64,000 nucleotides of DNA from Myxococcota bacterium (lineage in GTDB: Bacteria > Myxococcota_A > UBA796 > GCA-2862545), in NCBI GenBank assembly GCA_039208735.1, contig JBCCQY010000005.1, forward strand, positions 57,744 through 121,743, read 5' to 3'. The notes below the pieces were generated by a model, which saw only the letters and a list, made by a program, of their open reading frames with translations, did not search any database and had not been told where the DNA came from. Shown in pieces: positions 38,889 through 47,241 of the stretch. The position numbers and the translations under genes were made by a program. The stretch's first letter is position 1. Each line of letters starts with the position of its first letter.

Positions 38889-39866
38889 TCACAGTTCGAA
38901 GGTCCACTGGTTGTGGCAGTCGCCACAATTGGAGAACGGCGTGAGGTGGGCGGGAATGTTGGCGGGGGCGCGTCGTAGGGTCCTTTGGTGGCAGGTGAAG
39001 CACTGATCTGAAAGGCCGATCCAGACGTTGGTGGTGTGGCATGAGGCACAGGGCGCAACGAAGTGGCGCCCTCGCAGCGCGAAGCTGGTCTGGTCATGGT
39101 CGAAGCGCGCCACCGACCATCGGTCGGGACGGTGGCAGTCGGCGCACACCGTGCCCAGCTGGCCCGCATGGACGTCGGCATGGCAGGATCGACAGGACGG
39201 ATCGGGGGATTCGGTCAGCCCCACGGGGTGACAGGACCGACACGGAAGTGTCCGGTGTCGGCGTTCAAGCGGGAATGATGTCACGCGGTGGTCGTAGCCC
39301 TTCCGGGCGTCTGCGAACGCCTTGTGATCTTCGGCATGGCAGTCGCGACAGGTGCCGATGGTCCCGTGCCCATCCGCATGGCACGTCTCGCAGGTCGCAT
39401 TCGCCGTCATCCGCATGGCGGTGCCGTTGGAACCTTCGTGGCAGCGGTCGCAAGCCAGATCGTCGTGCTGACCCGTCAGCGCAAAGCCGGTTCGTTTCGT
39501 GTGGGCGAAGTTCGCGACGGGGGTGAAGCCGGTGACGTTGTGGCATTCGGTACAGTCGTCGCCCAGCTTGCCCCGGTGCCGATCGACGTGGCAGCCGGCG
39601 CATTCGGTTGGAAGGCCCTTGAGCTTGACGTCGATGTGGCAGCTGCGGCACGGGGCGTCAGCATGGCGACCGGTCAGCGCGAAGGGCGTTTCGGCATGGT
39701 CTTCGAGGGTGAACGTCGAAGGTGTCCAACCCGAAAGCGTATGGCAGGCCACACAGGGCTGTTCGCCTACCGGGTGGGGATCGGTGTGGCAGTGGGTGCA
39801 GCTGGCCGCATCGAGAGGATGAGGCTGGGCCATCGCTGCGCTCGCGATCCAGATGAAGGCGCTCAC
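38889..39866 (-). CDS. Exported multiheme cytochrome c (14 CxxCH)
   Basis: Short signal ending AMA-Q; 14 CxxCH counted; H..T.F.L.G.H repeats. GTGA overlap with the upstream gene; RBS GGGAGG. Confidence 0.9.
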   Translation of the reverse strand: MSAFIWIASAAMAQPHPLDAASCTHCHTDPHPVGEQPCVACHTLSGWTPSTFTLEDHAETPFALTGRHADAPCRSCHIDVKLKGLPTECAGCHVDRHRGKLGDDCTECHNVTGFTPVANFAHTKRTGFALTGQHDDLACDRCHEGSNGTAMRMTANATCETCHADGHGTIGTCRDCHAEDHKAFADARKGYDHRVTSFPLERRHRTLPCRSCHPVGLTESPDPSCRSCHADVHAGQLGTVCADCHRPDRWSVARFDHDQTSFALRGRHFVAPCASCHTTNVWIGLSDQCFTCHQRTLRRAPANIPAHLTPFSNCGDCHNQWTFEL

Positions 39867-41188
39867 CACGAGGTCCTCCCGATGATGCCGACCTGAAGGA
39901 AAGCCCTCAGCTCGCGGTCCAAGAGATTGGCTTCCATGTCGAGGCCTCCGAACCACCCGCGTGAGGTAAAGAAACCTCGTAGAAAGGCGACGTTTTGGGC
40001 TTCGAGGACGAAGGGGGAAAGGTCCTCACTTTCGAGGCCGGCGGCCGTCGACGATCGCGACGACACAGGCCCTGCGGTTCGATCGACCATCCCGACCCCG
40101 GCTTCGATCTGGCCGGGCCCACGTTCGAAGCCGGCTCCGATCTGCCAACGCACGTGCTGGACGAACGATGGGTCGTCCAGTCGTTGTTCGAGCCATCCTC
40201 GGGCGAGTCCGTAGGCGCCTCGGAGCGCCGGAGGATGGGCCTCGGTGGCGACGCCAAACCGCAGCTCGAACCGCTCGGTTCGCGCGCGGAATCGGACGTC
40301 GGGCCGAACGAAGCCCACCGCCGGGTTGCCGAGCACCGTCTGAACGCGCAAGTCGGTGAAGGAGGGGTCAACGAGGGGCAGCCCCAGGGAAGCGTCGGGA
40401 GCCACCGCCACCTGTTGGTGCAAGAAGGTGGTGCGGAGCCGAATCTTGGGAGCCATGCGCCAGCTGGCAAACGCTTGGGCCCGGTAGAGCGAAAGCGCTT
40501 GAACCGTCAGGCTTAGATCACCTACGTTAGGACCTACAAGGAAGTTTGCTTCATTGGCAAGGCTCGTGCTGGCGCCGAGGAGTGTGCGCTCGGAGGCACG
40601 AACGCTCACTTGCGCCTGGACCGCTCCCGCCTGGACGTCTTCGGTCAGTCCGGGCAACTCGATCCGATCCCCGGCCAGCCCTCCGTTCAGGCTGGCCGAG
40701 ATCGTCTTCGTGGTCGCACGAATCTCACCTCCGACGACGGGTAGGAAGACGTTGAGGGGCACGTTTCGACGGGAGGTGCTCAGCCCTCTGCGTCCTACGA
40801 ATCCCGTGATGCCCAAGGTCTTCGACCGCCAGGTGGCCCGCACGCCATCCATCGACACCCATAGGGCATTCGGTACGGTGAATCGGCCGAGGCCCACTTC
40901 CCATGGGCCACTTTGCCAAGCTGCTTCGGCGCGGAACAACAGGTGCTGTTCGCGGTTGCGGAAGACCCCCGCCACCGGCACCCGACCCCGGTAGTCCACC
41001 CCGATCGTGAGTCGTCCGTCGAGTTCCGACAGCTCACCACGGGCTTGAATCCCAACATCCATGGCGGAGGATTGAGGAACGCCGGCACCGGGATCCTCGG
41101 TCCGTGACGTGGCGGCGAGGGTATCGAACGCGACGCGACCGTCTAGATCCCCGCCCATGGCCTTGGCCAGCAAGAGCAAGCCGATCAT
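39863..41188 (-). CDS. Putative outer-membrane beta-barrel protein
   Basis: Short signal peptide, many alternating hydrophobic/polar strands, no internal TM helix, C-terminal Trp. Translationally coupled to the cytochrome gene. Confidence 0.6.
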   Translation of the reverse strand: MIGLLLLAKAMGGDLDGRVAFDTLAATSRTEDPGAGVPQSSAMDVGIQARGELSELDGRLTIGVDYRGRVPVAGVFRNREQHLLFRAEAAWQSGPWEVGLGRFTVPNALWVSMDGVRATWRSKTLGITGFVGRRGLSTSRRNVPLNVFLPVVGGEIRATTKTISASLNGGLAGDRIELPGLTEDVQAGAVQAQVSVRASERTLLGASTSLANEANFLVGPNVGDLSLTVQALSLYRAQAFASWRMAPKIRLRTTFLHQQVAVAPDASLGLPLVDPSFTDLRVQTVLGNPAVGFVRPDVRFRARTERFELRFGVATEAHPPALRGAYGLARGWLEQRLDDPSFVQHVRWQIGAGFERGPGQIEAGVGMVDRTAGPVSSRSSTAAGLESEDLSPFVLEAQNVAFLRGFFTSRGWFGGLDMEANLLDRELRAFLQVGIIGRTSW

Positions 41189-41401
41189 GGGGTGACTTCC
41201 CGCTCGGAATTTCCGGGGCTGTCGAGGGCAACGCGATGGGGCGGTGGGTGGGCCATCTTCCTCTCGGAGCGATGGCGCACATGTAGGCATGCCCTAGGAA
41301 GCGGGCCGCATAATCCGGCTTAATCGCACCGCCTTCCGAACGGTGAACCGACGGCTACACCCACGGGAACGGGCCCCAAACACGAGCTAATCTGCACGCT
41401 C

Positions 41402-42883
41402 ATGAACGACGCCACCCATCGTGCCTACGAAATCTTGGCCTGCCTTGGGCGGGGCGCGTTCGCCGAGGTGTACCATGCCCAGGCCCAGGGCGTGCCCGAG
41501 GCCGAGGCCGACGTTGCACTCAAGATCGCAAGGTCTAACGTCGATTCCTCGACGCTCGCCCGATTCAGGGACGAAGCTCGGATCCTCGCGCTGCTCGAAG
41601 ATCCGGCCGTCGTATCGGCAGCTGCCCCGCGTCAAATCGACGGCCACTGGGTCATGGTCATGGAGTACGTCGACGGCGCGACGGTCAAGCAGATGATGGT
41701 CCACGAGCTGTTTCCTCCGCGGGCCGCCGTCGAGATTCTCGCCGAGGTCACGCGGGCGCTCGACAAGGCGCACCACCAGCCGGGCCCCTACGGAGAGCCC
41801 CTTGCGTTGGTCCATCGCGACTTGAAGCCCGGCAACCTGATGGTGACGCGCGACGGTCAGGTCAAGGTGTTGGATTTTGGCATCGCCCGTGCTGAATTCC
41901 CGAATCGCGAGGCCGACACCATGGGCACGTTCGTCGGCACACCGGGCTACATCGCGCCCGAGCGCGTTCGTGGCGTCGATGGGCCGTCGAGCGACATCTA
42001 CTCCTTGGGGGTGTTGTTGCACGTATTGGTGACGGGCCAGCCCGCGAACGAGGTCGACGTTGAGGATCTGACGTGGACCGAAGGAGGCGCGCTCGACGCG
42101 GTGTTGAAGTACGCGCGCACCTTGCGAGCGGCTCATCCCTTCGATCGACCGACGGCGGCCGAGGTTGCGGAGCACTGCCGCGCGTGGGCCGAGACCATCC
42201 CGGGCGCAGATCTCCTGACGTTCGCCAAGAAGGTGGTTCCCCGCTCTCAGCGCCGTTTCACAGCACCGTTGGTGGGCCATGTGTTGGGGGCCACGCGAGC
42301 CCCTACGCCTCTGCCACTCGAGCGGTCTTTGCCCGTGCTCCGGCACGAGCCCCTACCGCCCTCTCCGCCACCCGCGCCGCCGCGATGGACGTTCGTAGGC
42401 GTTGCGGTCGGCGTCAGCGTGGTGGGGTTGATGGCGGCGGCGCTCATTGGACTTGCGGTGGTGTGGCAGGCAGCCCCTTCCTCGCGGTCCTACGTGGCCC
42501 CTTCGCCCCGACTGGCCGATCAAGAGAAGGTCGTGCGTCCTCCGGTTCGACCGACCCGTTCTGCTCCGGTGAAGCCCGATCCCGTGCCGGTTCCGCGCAC
42601 GCCGCCTCCTCCGGTCACGGCCCCGACGGAGGCCCCCAAGCCCGCACCCGCTGCTGCGCGTCTCGAGCCGGTGAGTTTCTTTTCCCAGCCGCCAGGGGCC
42701 GAGGTGCTCATTGATGGCGTGGTGGTAGGCCGCACCCCGTTGCGCGATCACCCCGTCTCCGTCGGGAACTGCATGCTTGCGTTTCGGCGGGGAAACGAGA
42801 CGGTCCGTCAGTCGGTCCGGGTGGGCGGACGCCACGGCGCCCGGGCCTTTACGTGGACCCCCGCCGGCGTCGTCGCCGAATAG
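41402..42883 (+). CDS. Membrane Ser/Thr protein kinase with C-terminal PEGA domain
   Basis: GRGAFAEV, VALK, HRDLKPGN, DFG and GTPGYIAPE; TM helix; SQPPGAEVLIDGVVVGRTPL. Confidence 0.9.
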   Translation: MNDATHRAYEILACLGRGAFAEVYHAQAQGVPEAEADVALKIARSNVDSSTLARFRDEARILALLEDPAVVSAAAPRQIDGHWVMVMEYVDGATVKQMMVHELFPPRAAVEILAEVTRALDKAHHQPGPYGEPLALVHRDLKPGNLMVTRDGQVKVLDFGIARAEFPNREADTMGTFVGTPGYIAPERVRGVDGPSSDIYSLGVLLHVLVTGQPANEVDVEDLTWTEGGALDAVLKYARTLRAAHPFDRPTAAEVAEHCRAWAETIPGADLLTFAKKVVPRSQRRFTAPLVGHVLGATRAPTPLPLERSLPVLRHEPLPPSPPPAPPRWTFVGVAVGVSVVGLMAAALIGLAVVWQAAPSSRSYVAPSPRLADQEKVVRPPVRPTRSAPVKPDPVPVPRTPPPPVTAPTEAPKPAPAAARLEPVSFFSQPPGAEVLIDGVVVGRTPLRDHPVSVGNCMLAFRRGNETVRQSVRVGGRHGARAFTWTPAGVVAE

Positions 42884-44570
42884 CCAACAGACCGAGGCCT
42901 GCGACCCCTACGCCGAGCGGGGAGGCCCCACTCTGGTTGCAGAACCATCCGCGTGGCACGAGTTCGGTGTTGGCGGGGTCGTCGCATCCGGTGGTCTCGT
43001 TTGGATCCAGCGGGTTGCAATCCTCTTCGATCAATCCGTCTTCGTCGAGATCCCACGCAATGGCGCCTGGACCTCCGTAGGCCCCGATATCCGAACGGGT
43101 GCCATCGATGTCGAGGATCGCTTCATCTCCTGCATCGACCAACGGACTCCCCGGGGGGTACCTGAAGTTGGCGTCGCAGTCGAGGGTCGCATCCTCGAAG
43201 GCGGGATCGGCGAGCACGTCGCTGCCCATCTTGACCGAAGGCTCGGTGTCGTTGTCCCAGTACAGATTGAACGACGGGGTCACCGACCCGAGTGAGACCA
43301 GTGCGCTGCCTTGATTGGCCACCAACGCATTGTTTTGGAAGGTGAGGGTGGAGTCCTCATCGGCCCAGATCAGCGAATTATCGGATTGGCTGCCATGGAT
43401 CGTGTTGTTCACGACCGTCATGTTGGTGCCCGGCCACAACAGAAAGGTCGCAGCATTCGTCATGCCTCGGCTCGACACGATCAGGTTGTTGCTGGCCGTG
43501 ACGTCGATCGGCCCTGACCAAGGGTTGCTCGTGAGCAGTCCGCCTTCGGGTGCTGAAGAATTGCAAAAGCGATTGCCCTGCAAATCGACGTCGCCCATCC
43601 CACCGACGTACACAGCGCCTGCATAGTTGGCTGCGATGTGGTTGGAGAAGGTGTTTTGTCGGACGGAGGTGTTTTGCATGCGAACGAGCGAGAGGCCTCC
43701 GCCCGTCTTGGCCTTGTTGTCTTCGAAGTGCGTGTCCTCGATGAGGCTGCCATCGGTGAACGTCATGTCGATGGCTCCACCGTTCTCGCTCGCCACGTTG
43801 TTGCGAAAGAACGACCGGTGGATGTGTGCGGAGGCCCCGTACACCGCAACCGCACCCCCAACGCCGGCGAACGTCTTGCCCGTCATTTCGGCTTCGTTGC
43901 GTTCAAAGGTGCTTCGTTCCAGGGTCAGGAGACTGTGGGCGGGGCCGCCAGACCACAATGCACCCCCAGATTGAGCGCGGTTGTCTTCAAAGATGGCGTT
44001 TCGGAAGGTGACCTCCGCCCCCCAACTGTGGATGGCGCCTCCGGTCTGGGTGGCGGTTCCGTTCCGGAACGTGCAGTCCGAACAGCTCAGAGCGCCGCTG
44101 GTCAGTTCCAAAAGCCCACCCTTCTCGGCGGTGGCTCCGGTACCATCGAAGTCCATATTGAACATGATGAGTTCGGAAAGCTCTGCTTTGAACAGGCCTG
44201 ACGTGTTCGGCTCACCCTTGGATGCTACGACGTCCGACGCCGACACTACGACACGGGCTTCCTGGACGTCGAGGGCCGGTTCGGTCTCGGCCGCCATGAA
44301 GGTGAAACCCCGCATCTCTACATTGCTCGTGAAACGGACGCGGACGGCCGGCTCGTCACCAGGACTTTGTAGGATCGTGGACTTCCGACCCTCACCGCGC
44401 AGCCAAAGCGGGGTGTTGATGACGATCGCCTCGGTGTACGTACCTGCCTCGATCTCGATGATATCGCCGGGCTCGGCCTCATCGACCGCGGCTTGAATCG
44501 TCTGGTAGTCGCCGTTGGAACCGACCGTGAGGGTCGCGGCGAAGGCGGAAGACGGCAAGACCAACCACAT
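42849..44570 (-). CDS. Secreted parallel beta-helix (polymorphic-repeat) protein with MYXO-CTERM-like tail
   Basis: YQTIQAAVD..GTY.E, repeated F.xN.A..GGA, GSPLVDAG...DIGAYGG; tail GWFC...LGLLAIRRRRR. Confidence 0.8.
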   Translation of the reverse strand: MWLVLPSSAFAATLTVGSNGDYQTIQAAVDEAEPGDIIEIEAGTYTEAIVINTPLWLRGEGRKSTILQSPGDEPAVRVRFTSNVEMRGFTFMAAETEPALDVQEARVVVSASDVVASKGEPNTSGLFKAELSELIMFNMDFDGTGATAEKGGLLELTSGALSCSDCTFRNGTATQTGGAIHSWGAEVTFRNAIFEDNRAQSGGALWSGGPAHSLLTLERSTFERNEAEMTGKTFAGVGGAVAVYGASAHIHRSFFRNNVASENGGAIDMTFTDGSLIEDTHFEDNKAKTGGGLSLVRMQNTSVRQNTFSNHIAANYAGAVYVGGMGDVDLQGNRFCNSSAPEGGLLTSNPWSGPIDVTASNNLIVSSRGMTNAATFLLWPGTNMTVVNNTIHGSQSDNSLIWADEDSTLTFQNNALVANQGSALVSLGSVTPSFNLYWDNDTEPSVKMGSDVLADPAFEDATLDCDANFRYPPGSPLVDAGDEAILDIDGTRSDIGAYGGPGAIAWDLDEDGLIEEDCNPLDPNETTGCDDPANTELVPRGWFCNQSGASPLGVGVAGLGLLAIRRRRRRGST

Positions 44571-44700
44571 GGTACCTCCGGCTCGGCCACCACTCCTTGC
44601 TCGTGCAGCATGGATTGTCCATCCGAGTGCAACGGTCGCATTACGCAATCGGGTTGCCGCAGGAACGATGCGCGGAATAGGCCGCGTCCCGGAGGTGCGC

Positions 44701-45756
44701 ATGGGACCGTTGTGGATGTTCCTCGTGACTGCGCATGCGAGCGCATCTTCCTGCGATCCGAACGTGTCGATTCAGACGGCTTTGGAGGCCCTGATCGAGG
44801 AGCGGCAGGACGACGCCGACGTTGCCCTGCAGCAAGCCCTCGAGGGGTTCCAGTGTAGCGGCGTTGCCGATCGTCAGACCCTGGCCCGCTTTTGGATCGT
44901 CGATGGCGTATTGTCGGAAGCGTCCGGGGATCCCCAAGCCGCCCTCGATGCCTTCGCGGCAGCCCGGGCGTTGTCTCCCGACCTGTGGCTGGCTCCGTTG
45001 TCAGGCAAGCTGCGCGAGATGCACCAAACTGCGCCCGCAGTGGAGGGCTCGGGGGCTTTGCTCTTCGAACCGGCCTTGGGGGTTCGGGAGGTGTGGGTCG
45101 ACGGAGCCCAAATCGTGGGTCCGGCCCAGGTGAGTGCGGGCATTCATCTCGTTCAGGTCGGTGATGGGGCGGGGCAGGTTGTGCACGCGAGCACCGTGTT
45201 TGTGAGCCCCGGCCTTTCCGTCCGGGTGCCGACGGGTCTTGCGCCGATCGATGCCCCTCCGCCGCCTCCGGCTCCGCCGCCGCCTCCTGTCGAGCCCGAG
45301 GCTCCTTCGGTTCGTTTGGTCGTTCAGCTCATGACGGGAGCGGATGTTGCCCAAGGACAGGCCGTCGAGGTGGGGTTCGCGCAGGAACCCGAGTTGCGGG
45401 TGGCGGTTCCGCTGGAGCTGACCGTGGGGGTGCGGACCGAACGGTTCCTCGGGCGTCTCCACGCGGGAACGGCCTGGCTTACGAATGGCCGCTACGCTGT
45501 GCGGTCGGACTTTGGCGACCCCTTTGCCGTCGACTGGCGAGTCGCGGCCGGGGTCAGCGGTGCCGTCACCACGGGCACCGTTCATGTCGGGGGGTTGGGA
45601 GGGCTGCAATGGCCTGGCCGCATCACGCTCCGCGGTCTTGTGGGCACGGTGCAGTTCGAACGGCTCTTCGCGGAGTTGCGCGGTGGAGTCAACCTCGCCA
45701 CCGACCGGCCGGTCGAGCCTGTGGCGGGCTTGTTTGTTGGCATCGAGTTGGATTGA
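44701..45756 (+). CDS. Exported hypothetical protein (helical domain, PEGA-like domain, Pro linker, beta-rich C-terminus)
   Basis: Signal peptide, VWVDG...GIHLVQ, poly-Pro linker. RBS GGAGG. Confidence 0.6.
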   Translation: MGPLWMFLVTAHASASSCDPNVSIQTALEALIEERQDDADVALQQALEGFQCSGVADRQTLARFWIVDGVLSEASGDPQAALDAFAAARALSPDLWLAPLSGKLREMHQTAPAVEGSGALLFEPALGVREVWVDGAQIVGPAQVSAGIHLVQVGDGAGQVVHASTVFVSPGLSVRVPTGLAPIDAPPPPPAPPPPPVEPEAPSVRLVVQLMTGADVAQGQAVEVGFAQEPELRVAVPLELTVGVRTERFLGRLHAGTAWLTNGRYAVRSDFGDPFAVDWRVAAGVSGAVTTGTVHVGGLGGLQWPGRITLRGLVGTVQFERLFAELRGGVNLATDRPVEPVAGLFVGIELD

Positions 45757-45765
45757 CCCGCGGGT

Positions 45766-47073
45766 CTAAACGCGTGGTCCACATACGGTGACTCGCACCC
45801 CATGTTTGGGGCCCATGGTGATGTTTCGGCGTACGGCCCGCTCGGGCCCTCTCAAGGCGAAAGACCACCGTGGCAATACGGTGCCCAACACAACCTTCAT
45901 TTCCCACGTGGCAAGCGCTGCCCCGATGCATCGGCGGACCCCTCCGCCAAAGGGCAGCAGCTCCCAGGGCCGGAACGTGTGGTCCACGAACCGTTCGGGT
46001 CGAAACGCGTCGGGGTCTGGAAAGAGGTCGTCTCGGGCGTGAACCAAGGCGGCAACGGGGGCCACGTGGGTACCCGCAGCAAAGGCGTGCCCCCCGAGTT
46101 CAAGGTCGACCGTAAGCGTTCGGACGATGTCCGGAACGATCGGCTGAAGGCGAAGGGTCTCCTGGACTACTGCATCGAGCCAGGGCAGCGTGGCCAGGGT
46201 CTCCGGAGCCCCGTCGGAGGCGTCGAGTTCAGCCAGCAGACGTTCGAGCGCATCGGGTCGCTGCAAGAGCCGATACACCGCCCAAGCCATGGCGATCTGT
46301 GTCGTTTCGTGGCCCGCGAAGAGCATCGTCACGAGTTCATCGCGAATGGCGCGGTCGGTCATGGGGGAGCCGTCGTCGTAGGTGGCGTCCAACATCAGGG
46401 ACAGCAGATCGGGGCCCCGCTCGTTCGTGGCTCTGCGGTGGGCGATGGTCTCTACGATGAGGGCATCGAAGCGGTCTCGAGCGGCAATGAAGCGATCCCA
46501 GGGGGACAGGCCAAACATCGAGAACTGGAGGACCGGGGCGAACAATGCGGCCGGCAAAATGCTCTTCACCAAGGTGCGAATCGCCGCTTCCCAACGCTGC
46601 TGGGCGGCAGGATCGACCATTCCGAACACCGCCCTCACGATCACATCGAGACTGATGGTGAGAAAGACGTCACTCAGCACGATGTTCGCCCCAGGGCGGA
46701 AGTGGGCCGTGGCTCGCTCGGCGGCGTCCTGCATGATTTGCCCGTACGCATGCATGCGACGCCCATGAAAGGGAGGGGTGAGCAGCTCTCGCTCCCGACG
46801 GTGCTGATCGCCCGACACGACCAACAGACTCTGACGACCCAGCAACGGTTCAGCAGCTTCAACCCTGAACGGCGCAACTTCATGGGTGCGCGCGCGGAAC
46901 AGGTCGCGAATGAGGTTCGGGTCGGCGGTCACGACAACATCGCCATTGATCGCACGGACGATAAAGGTGTCGCCGTAGGCCTTTCGCAACTTGAGGTACG
47001 TGCGAAAGGGGTCACGAGCGATTTGTAGAGTTGTCCACCAGCGAGGTCCGGGTACTGTGGGGATCGTGGTCAT
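45766..47073 (-). CDS. Cytochrome P450
   Basis: FAGHETT, ETLR, FRPERF and heme loop PFGGGVRRCIG. Confidence 0.95.
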   Translation of the reverse strand: MTTIPTVPGPRWWTTLQIARDPFRTYLKLRKAYGDTFIVRAINGDVVVTADPNLIRDLFRARTHEVAPFRVEAAEPLLGRQSLLVVSGDQHRRERELLTPPFHGRRMHAYGQIMQDAAERATAHFRPGANIVLSDVFLTISLDVIVRAVFGMVDPAAQQRWEAAIRTLVKSILPAALFAPVLQFSMFGLSPWDRFIAARDRFDALIVETIAHRRATNERGPDLLSLMLDATYDDGSPMTDRAIRDELVTMLFAGHETTQIAMAWAVYRLLQRPDALERLLAELDASDGAPETLATLPWLDAVVQETLRLQPIVPDIVRTLTVDLELGGHAFAAGTHVAPVAALVHARDDLFPDPDAFRPERFVDHTFRPWELLPFGGGVRRCIGAALATWEMKVVLGTVLPRWSFALRGPERAVRRNITMGPKHGVRVTVCGPRV

Positions 47074-47241
47074 GCGTGCTCCCTCAAAGAGCGGCTACCA
47101 CGCCCCTTACTAGGGTGGCGGCGCAGCACGTGGCTGCTTAGGGAACCATCCCCCTCCGATCGATGTCGACTCGTGCGCATCGCGTTGTGGCGTGTTGAAT
47201 AGTGACTTGGCCGCAAAGTTTGGCCCCCCTGTCGGAGCAGC

